The notes below the pieces were generated by a model that worked only from the letters and a program-made list of their open reading frames with translations, had not been told where the DNA came from and did no database searches. From positions 1-64,000 of IMG/VR virus record IMGVR_UViG_3300032334_002567: a DNA stretch of 64,000 nt; one strand, given 5' to 3'. Below are positions 58,207-64,000 of the stretch, piece by piece. Within the stretch, counting starts at the first letter, position 1; the number at the start of each line of letters is the position of its first letter. The position numbers and the translations under genes were made by a program.

Positions 58207-59568
58207 TCAACCAAACCAAGTAAATTTGTTATCTTTACCACGACCTAATATGGAATTTAAAAATTCTTGGTCTGGTATGTTGTGATCTCCATACACGCCA
58301 CCTGTAGGATTGCCTCCCGAACTTACGTCTGAGCTGTAGTTGATGTTAGGAGGGGCAACATCTGAACTGCCTGTTCCAAAAGGCTCTTTTCTCTTTGTGA
58401 ATGAACCCTTTTCTCTAAGAGGCGGAGCTTTTAATGGCTTGTTTTTTCCTACATATTGATATGTTGCATGATCTGCTGCAGCTGAGTCTGGGCCCATGTC
58501 TGATACGCTTCCTGTTTGAGGACCAGCACCAACAAAAGACTGATAACTTTCTGGAGGCTGTTGTGCTGATTGTGTATTTTGTGGTGTTTGATTTCCCATA
58601 TTTCCTAATTTATCAACTACAGCATTTAAAGTCTTGGTAAAATCTTGATTAACATTAGTATTGCCTAGTTTAGACTGTAAATCACGTAGTGCAGACATTG
58701 CAAGAGTTATAGACTGCAGATCTCTTTCAGCGTCTACTCCAGCTTGTCTTTGTTGTCCAGCCTTGCCCCAATTTGACCAAGCAGATTTTACATTGGCCCA
58801 TTGATTGCCTATCCAATCACCTGCTTTTTGCAACCAATTCTCTGAGTAATTATCTACATACCACTCTGTGAAAGCTACAATATCTATTCCTTGATTTTGC
58901 AATTCAAATAGTTGCTTTTTTATTTCTAGGTCTTCATCAAAAAACTCTGTTTGAACAGATTCATCTAAACTATTTTTAAGTAAACCAATTAAATTAATTA
59001 TATTTTTATGAAACTCTGGATCTGCTACTTTATTTTGTAGATCTTTTGAAACCCCTAACCTTTTGGACAAAGTATCTAATGCATGTCTGGCAACCGCTTG
59101 GGATTTTTGAAGGGGTGTCATTTGTGGTTGTGGTTGTCCATTAGTAGTTGTAGAACCTTGCTGTGCTTGGGCTTGGTTTTGATTTTGTTGTGGTTGATCT
59201 CCTATGACACCCTTTGTAAAACTATCTCCGGCTCCTTTTGCAGAACTTGCCCAAGAACCGATTCTTTTGGCTAAACCTTGTGCTGCTGAGCCTAGGGCAC
59301 TTCCCATATATTCTGCACTTGCTGATGGCTTTTCTACAGAAGAACCGGCTGAGTAACCTTGACTGGCTCTGTTAGCCAAACCTGCTGCTGTCGGGAACCA
59401 TTTGTTCAAAAATTCATTTAAAATAAGTTTATCTTCAAATTGACCATCTTCAACATACCAATTGATGAATTTTTCTGGGTCTATACCCTTGTCTGCCATT
59501 ATAACCAGTGCTTGTTCTAGCAATTTAATGTTTTTGGTGATTCTAAGACTTTCAGAAAAACTTCTCAT
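58207..59568 (-). CDS. Hypothetical putative internal head protein with a duplicated module
   Basis: AGGAG SD; GIDPEKFINWYVE and GIDIVAFTEWYVD; Gln-rich linkers. Confidence 0.65.
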   Translation of the reverse strand: MRSFSESLRITKNIKLLEQALVIMADKGIDPEKFINWYVEDGQFEDKLILNEFLNKWFPTAAGLANRASQGYSAGSSVEKPSASAEYMGSALGSAAQGLAKRIGSWASSAKGAGDSFTKGVIGDQPQQNQNQAQAQQGSTTTNGQPQPQMTPLQKSQAVARHALDTLSKRLGVSKDLQNKVADPEFHKNIINLIGLLKNSLDESVQTEFFDEDLEIKKQLFELQNQGIDIVAFTEWYVDNYSENWLQKAGDWIGNQWANVKSAWSNWGKAGQQRQAGVDAERDLQSITLAMSALRDLQSKLGNTNVNQDFTKTLNAVVDKLGNMGNQTPQNTQSAQQPPESYQSFVGAGPQTGSVSDMGPDSAAADHATYQYVGKNKPLKAPPLREKGSFTKRKEPFGTGSSDVAPPNINYSSDVSSGGNPTGGVYGDHNIPDQEFLNSILGRGKDNKFTWFG

Positions 59569-59648
59569 ACTTTCTCCTAAATTATTCAAAATATCTCTCT
59601 TTTATATAGAGAAGACCTGTATTTTTTACCAATAACCAAGGAAATAAC

Positions 59649-60908
59649 ATGACAATGCTCCAAGAAGCTAAAAAACAACTAGAAGCAGCGTATGGGTTTG
59701 CACAAATAGACAAAGAAAGCTGGGAGCGTCTTCAATATCCACAAAAAACACTACAAGTCTCTATCCCAATACGTCACGATGATGGCACCTTAAAGGTTTA
59801 CCAGGCGTACAGATGCCAGTATGACAGCACACTTGGGCCATATAAAGGAGGGATAAGATATCATCCAAATGTAGATCGTGATCACTGTGAGGCTCTTGCT
59901 TTTTGGATGACTTTTAAATGTGGTTGTTTAAAACTTCCTTACGGAGGTGCAAAAGGTGGTATAAGTGTAGATGCAACAAAATTATCGCACAGAGAGCTAG
60001 AAAGAATCAGCAAGGCATATATTGCTTCAATAATGGACTTTATAGGCCCCGATTCAGATATACCTGCTCCTGATCTTTACACAGATGAAAGAATAATGGG
60101 ATGGATGTATTCTGAGTACAAAAGAATCAAAGGAGGCCATCCAAAAGACATTATAACCGGCAAGCCAGTGGCGTTAGGAGGAATAGAAGGAAGAAGCTCC
60201 GCTACAGGTCACGGTGGTTATTATGTTTTAGAAAATATTTTGAAAAGCAATGTGAAAGATATTTCAACTAATCCAGAAGATATTAAAATAGCAATACAAG
60301 GTTTCGGCAAAGTAGGTTACTGGCTTGCAGAGAAGTGCTTTAGATCAGGTATGAGAGTAGTGGCAGTTACGAACGAATTTGGTGGAGTTTATAACAAGAA
60401 TGGATTAAATATAATTTCTTGTAAAAAATGTATAGAAAATAGCTCTGGACAAGAGTGGGGTGAAGGAGAAAAAATTACAAATGAAGAAATTTGGGATTTA
60501 GATGTAGACGTAATTGCTCCTTCTGCGGTGGAAAATGTGATTACTAAAGATATAGCATCTAAGATTAAAGCTAAAATAGTTTTAGAAATGGCTAATGGAC
60601 CAACTACAAATGAAGGGGATGCAATTTTAAATGATCGTGATATTTTAGTTGTCCCAGATATATTGGCAAATGGCGGAGGAGTAGTTGTTAGCTATTTTGA
60701 ATGGCTCCAGAACAGAAATGCTATTACAAGGTCCTTAGAAAAAGTGGAAGCAGACCTAAAAGAAATGATGGTCTATGCAACAGAAAGAGTTTTAGGGTTA
60801 CACACAAAACACAATATACCAGCAAGAACTGCTGCTTATGTTTTAGCACTCAAAAGAATAAACGATTCAAATGTTTGTTTAGGAATAAAAGACTACTTTC
60901 AAAAATAA
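59649..60908 (+). CDS. gdhA: Glutamate dehydrogenase (Glu/Leu/Phe/Val family)
   Basis: GPYKGGIRYHP, MTFK, GGAKGG, DIPAPD, TGKP..LGG..GR..ATG, QGFGKVG, EMANGP, PDILANGGGV.VSYFEW. Confidence 0.93.
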   Translation: MTMLQEAKKQLEAAYGFAQIDKESWERLQYPQKTLQVSIPIRHDDGTLKVYQAYRCQYDSTLGPYKGGIRYHPNVDRDHCEALAFWMTFKCGCLKLPYGGAKGGISVDATKLSHRELERISKAYIASIMDFIGPDSDIPAPDLYTDERIMGWMYSEYKRIKGGHPKDIITGKPVALGGIEGRSSATGHGGYYVLENILKSNVKDISTNPEDIKIAIQGFGKVGYWLAEKCFRSGMRVVAVTNEFGGVYNKNGLNIISCKKCIENSSGQEWGEGEKITNEEIWDLDVDVIAPSAVENVITKDIASKIKAKIVLEMANGPTTNEGDAILNDRDILVVPDILANGGGVVVSYFEWLQNRNAITRSLEKVEADLKEMMVYATERVLGLHTKHNIPARTAAYVLALKRINDSNVCLGIKDYFQK

Positions 60909-61234
60909 GTGGGCACTGTATAAGATAGAGTGAGACCGTCATCAAAAGACACACAAACTTCTCTTGTTCTTGGATTAAAAGCTTTTACACTCCAATTTGG
61001 ATTGTCTAAAAGTATTTTTCTTGGATAAGATTTCTCAATTGGACGATATTTATTTTTATAAAGTCCATTTTTGAGATCTAAAGGTTTGGCTGCTGAGTTG
61101 ATTGAATCTATTCTTATTTTTTCCCCAGAAGCAACTTCGATAATATACGTAGGATCAGGATATGTTGGCAAAATAGCCAATAAAGTTTCTCTTCTCATTC
61201 TTTGAAGATTTAGACACGCTCTTTTTTGATTCAT
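60899..61234 (-). CDS. Hypothetical protein
   Basis: 111-aa ORF. Confidence 0.5.
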   Translation of the reverse strand: MNQKRACLNLQRMRRETLLAILPTYPDPTYIIEVASGEKIRIDSINSAAKPLDLKNGLYKNKYRPIEKSYPRKILLDNPNWSVKAFNPRTREVCVSFDDGLTLSYTVPTYF

Positions 61235-61291
61235 CTTGATTTTTTTTCCAATACATGTAAGATAAGTTATTTAGTGGGCTCAAATTGCAAA

Positions 61292-61666
61292 ATGCAAAGA
61301 AAAAGCTATATTGATAGAATTCATATTTCTACTTTTGGAAACAACAAAACTTTGTTTTTCACCAAAAACAAACTTAGAATTGCCAATGGCTATGAAAAGA
61401 TAATTATAGAAGAAAAGCCTTTCTGCGTGTTTTTGCACAAACAAATTTGCCATGAAAACATTGCTATTCCCTTTAAGCAAATTTGGAGAGAAGAAAGTGA
61501 AAAGTCCGATTACATTGAGTATAGAAGCAAAGATTATTGCAACATAAAACTAAAGTACGACAAGAAAACGCTAAGATTTTTCGTTTCATTATTTGACTTA
61601 TCCACAGAAGAAATACAAACACTGGTAGAACCGCTGCTCAGGACCAAAACAATTCAAAGGATGTAA
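61292..61666 (+). CDS. Hypothetical protein
   Basis: ORF abutting the exonuclease gene. Confidence 0.5.
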   Translation: MQRKSYIDRIHISTFGNNKTLFFTKNKLRIANGYEKIIIEEKPFCVFLHKQICHENIAIPFKQIWREESEKSDYIEYRSKDYCNIKLKYDKKTLRFFVSLFDLSTEEIQTLVEPLLRTKTIQRM

Positions 61667-61667
61667 T

Positions 61668-62264
61668 ATGAAATACGTGTCAATTGATATCGAAACAACT
61701 GGGTTGGATTTTCAAAAGTGTGATATCATTCAATTTGCAGCTGTTATAGATGATTTATCCGAAAGAGAGCCTATAAAGGAACTGCCTAAGCTAAATGTAT
61801 ATTTTACGAAGGATCATTATGTTGGAGAGCCCATAGCTCTTTCCATGCACTCAGATATATTCAAGAAAATAGCCCTTGCTCGTAAAAACAAAGTTGAATA
61901 TGACGAAGTAAGCGAGTCGCATTTTGCCAACATAGAAGATTTGCCTTCTATATTTAGAAATTTTCTGACCAAAAATGGAATAGAAGAAAACATAAGAACG
62001 GGTGCAATCGTTATCAATGTCGCCGGTAAAAATATTGGCGGGTTTGACATACCATTTTTAAAAGAAAAAATTAAAGACTGGGAACAAGTTTATTTCAGAC
62101 AAAGAGTTTTAGATCCATCTATTTTGTATATGAACATAGAAACGGATAAAGAAATTCCAGATAGTAAAACCTGCATGGAAAGAGCAGGAATAAAAGGTGC
62201 TGTGTCTCACACTGCACTTGAAGATGCAATGGTTATTGTAGAGTTAATTAGATATAAGTTTTAA
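61668..62264 (+). CDS. DEDDh 3'-5' exonuclease (DnaQ-like)
   Basis: SIDIETTG, GKNIGGFD, LDP, HTALEDA. Confidence 0.9.
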   Translation: MKYVSIDIETTGLDFQKCDIIQFAAVIDDLSEREPIKELPKLNVYFTKDHYVGEPIALSMHSDIFKKIALARKNKVEYDEVSESHFANIEDLPSIFRNFLTKNGIEENIRTGAIVINVAGKNIGGFDIPFLKEKIKDWEQVYFRQRVLDPSILYMNIETDKEIPDSKTCMERAGIKGAVSHTALEDAMVIVELIRYKF

Positions 62265-64000
62265 AAGGCTTTTGTATCACTAGTTCTTTTGCAAGTTTTG
62301 AACAGTTCTCTTTTTCATCTTTATATTTATTATAAAGATCATTATATTCTGGATATTTTTCTAGTTCTTCTTCTAACTCTAAAGCATCTTTGTCTTTAGT
62401 GTTTTCGTTTTTTTTACACCAACTTCTGGCCCCGTAGTGTCTTCTTGTATTAGGGTCGAACATTTCCACAACGTAATCTGAATTTAAAATTTTTGGTAAA
62501 ATAAAAGCACCCACATCTAAACTCAAAAGTCTAAATTCATTATTTGGGTCATAAACATCTTTATACAAAGAGTTTTGTTCATGTTCTAAAAGTCTTTTTC
62601 CTCGCCAATACTCTAGAAAAGCAGATGAACTAGTAAAATTGTCTATCTTGAACCTTTTTTCTATGTCTACATGATATCCAACCCAATTTGCTTTAATTCT
62701 TTTCATTAATGGTAGGCTACATAAGAGAAAATCTGTGCTTGTTACATGCGGCATTCTAAGTTGATCTTCACTCTTGGGATATGCAAGTACACCTACAGCA
62801 CTCAGAGGAGCGGCTGTCTTCATTATTGCATTTTTATTGCTAAAAAAAGATTTAAGTTGACTTTCCCAATCACGACTTAGAACTATAACATCATCGTGCA
62901 TTAGAAGATAATACTCTGTGTGAACCCAAGAAATACATTGTTCTATAATCTGTGAATGACCTACACGACTCCAAGTTCTACTAATCGTGATTGGCATAGG
63001 TTTATCCCATGCCCCATTAATATCTACCCAATTTAGAGATCTAAGCTCTTCTAAAAACTTTTGTTTCTTATCCTGTAATTCTGGGGGATTATTTTTATCT
63101 CTATCATCTCCTCCATTAATGCCAACTATAAAATGTTCTAAAGTTTCTGGGGTGGTTCTGAGCAGTAAAGAAAAAATACATCTCATAAAAGTATTAATGT
63201 CACAATTATATGTTGGGATAATTGCTGTCATTTTGTTAGGTACTTTAGTTATTTTCTCACACTCATACTCAGTCAAAATTGTATACGGGTCAGATTCTAC
63301 ATCGAGTTTTTCTATAGATTTAAATTGATCCTCATAAACATCCCAGTATTGTTTCCATTCACCCAACAAATGACAATCCCACATCCAGTCTAAAAAAGAA
63401 GTCCAATGTACATAATTAAGACTATCTATTTTTGAATGGGTTAATTGAACATCATGTCCCATTTTTCTGACTTGTTCTAAAATATGATTGTCCCCATGTT
63501 CAAATATTTCCCGAGCGGTTAGACGAAAAGGATTCGTCGCAGACCAAGCTGGTCGTGTGCCTATTTGAAGCTCACCTTCTTTTGGAAAAGTTAATTTTCT
63601 TGCTACTTCACTTGTAATTCCATACGCCACAGTTCTTATGTGACCACCTTCTCTGTGCGGGGTTTTTGGTTCATAACATTGAGCAACAAGGCCAACTTTT
63701 GGATTAAAAAACTTTTCAATAAAAGGGACCAAAAAGTTTTTTCTCATAGGGAGCATATCATCTGAAAACCAAAACATTTTTTTCCACTTTAATAAGTGCA
63801 ACATTTCCCCACATGCATAAATTAAAGCTTTAAGATCCATCAAAGATGAATTTTCAAACTGAATGTAGAAGTCGGGATTATACTTTAGTATGTTTTCTTT
63901 TTCTTCTTCTAAAGAATTATGATTCGAATCAATAGAGTGAAAAACAAAAAGTTTACAATTGCATTTATTTGCATTGTTCCAAGCCCTAAGCCATTTATCG
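62248..64000 (-). CDS. Multi-domain GT2-like glycosyltransferase; 5' end beyond the window
   Basis: WFSDD and AIIPTYN...LLMHDD modules; frame stays open from 63843 to the window edge. Confidence 0.75.
   Translation of the reverse strand, partial: DKWLRAWNNANKCNCKLFVFHSIDSNHNSLEEEKENILKYNPDFYIQFENSSLMDLKALIYACGEMLHLLKWKKMFWFSDDMLPMRKNFLVPFIEKFFNPKVGLVAQCYEPKTPHREGGHIRTVAYGITSEVARKLTFPKEGELQIGTRPAWSATNPFRLTAREIFEHGDNHILEQVRKMGHDVQLTHSKIDSLNYVHWTSFLDWMWDCHLLGEWKQYWDVYEDQFKSIEKLDVESDPYTILTEYECEKITKVPNKMTAIIPTYNCDINTFMRCIFSLLLRTTPETLEHFIVGINGGDDRDKNNPPELQDKKQKFLEELRSLNWVDINGAWDKPMPITISRTWSRVGHSQIIEQCISWVHTEYYLLMHDDVIVLSRDWESQLKSFFSNKNAIMKTAAPLSAVGVLAYPKSEDQLRMPHVTSTDFLLCSLPLMKRIKANWVGYHVDIEKRFKIDNFTSSSAFLEYWRGKRLLEHEQNSLYKDVYDPNNEFRLLSLDVGAFILPKILNSDYVVEMFDPNTRRHYGARSWCKKNENTKDKDALELEEELEKYPEYNDLYNKYKDEKENCSKLAKELVIQKPFKTYI

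Noticed and set aside
1-64000. Stop-codon reassignment as in some huge phages
   Set aside because: Conserved genes are full-length under code 11, and TAA, TAG and TGA all end genes at sensible positions

Overview
AT-rich, gene-dense, strand-mixed fragment of a large (jumbo/huge) tailed dsDNA phage, distantly T4-like. Hallmarks are a gp17-type terminase, gp13-type neck protein, gp46/47 (SbcCD), primase, Dda/RecD helicase, Holliday-junction resolvase, class II RNR and TAnATA late-promoter motifs. Standard genetic code; no tRNA, rRNA, CRISPR or IS seen. Several proteins suggest a Planctomycetota host (inference, unverified). Accessory genes include GuaC, lysine 6-aminotransferase, glutamate dehydrogenase, ferritin, CYTH, a phiEco32-type COOH-NH2 ligase, a class II GATase, RmlA, an epimerase, four glycosyltransferases, a PaaK-like ligase, three proteases and a ParB-like/MoxR/VWA operon. 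Most unusual signals: (1) two conserved enzymes that apparently must start at ATT, plus at least seven late genes that look leaderless; both features are IF3-sensitive; (2) an ORF-free, structured ~280-nt unit with its own promoter and terminator (candidate new phage ncRNA, 37002-37286); (3) about 13 dispersed proteins with a T4 internal-protein-like capsid-targeting N-terminus; (4) three intact ORFs that lack key catalytic residues (Dam-like, LAGLIDADG, epimerase). All calls come from manual motif reading; no database searches were run.
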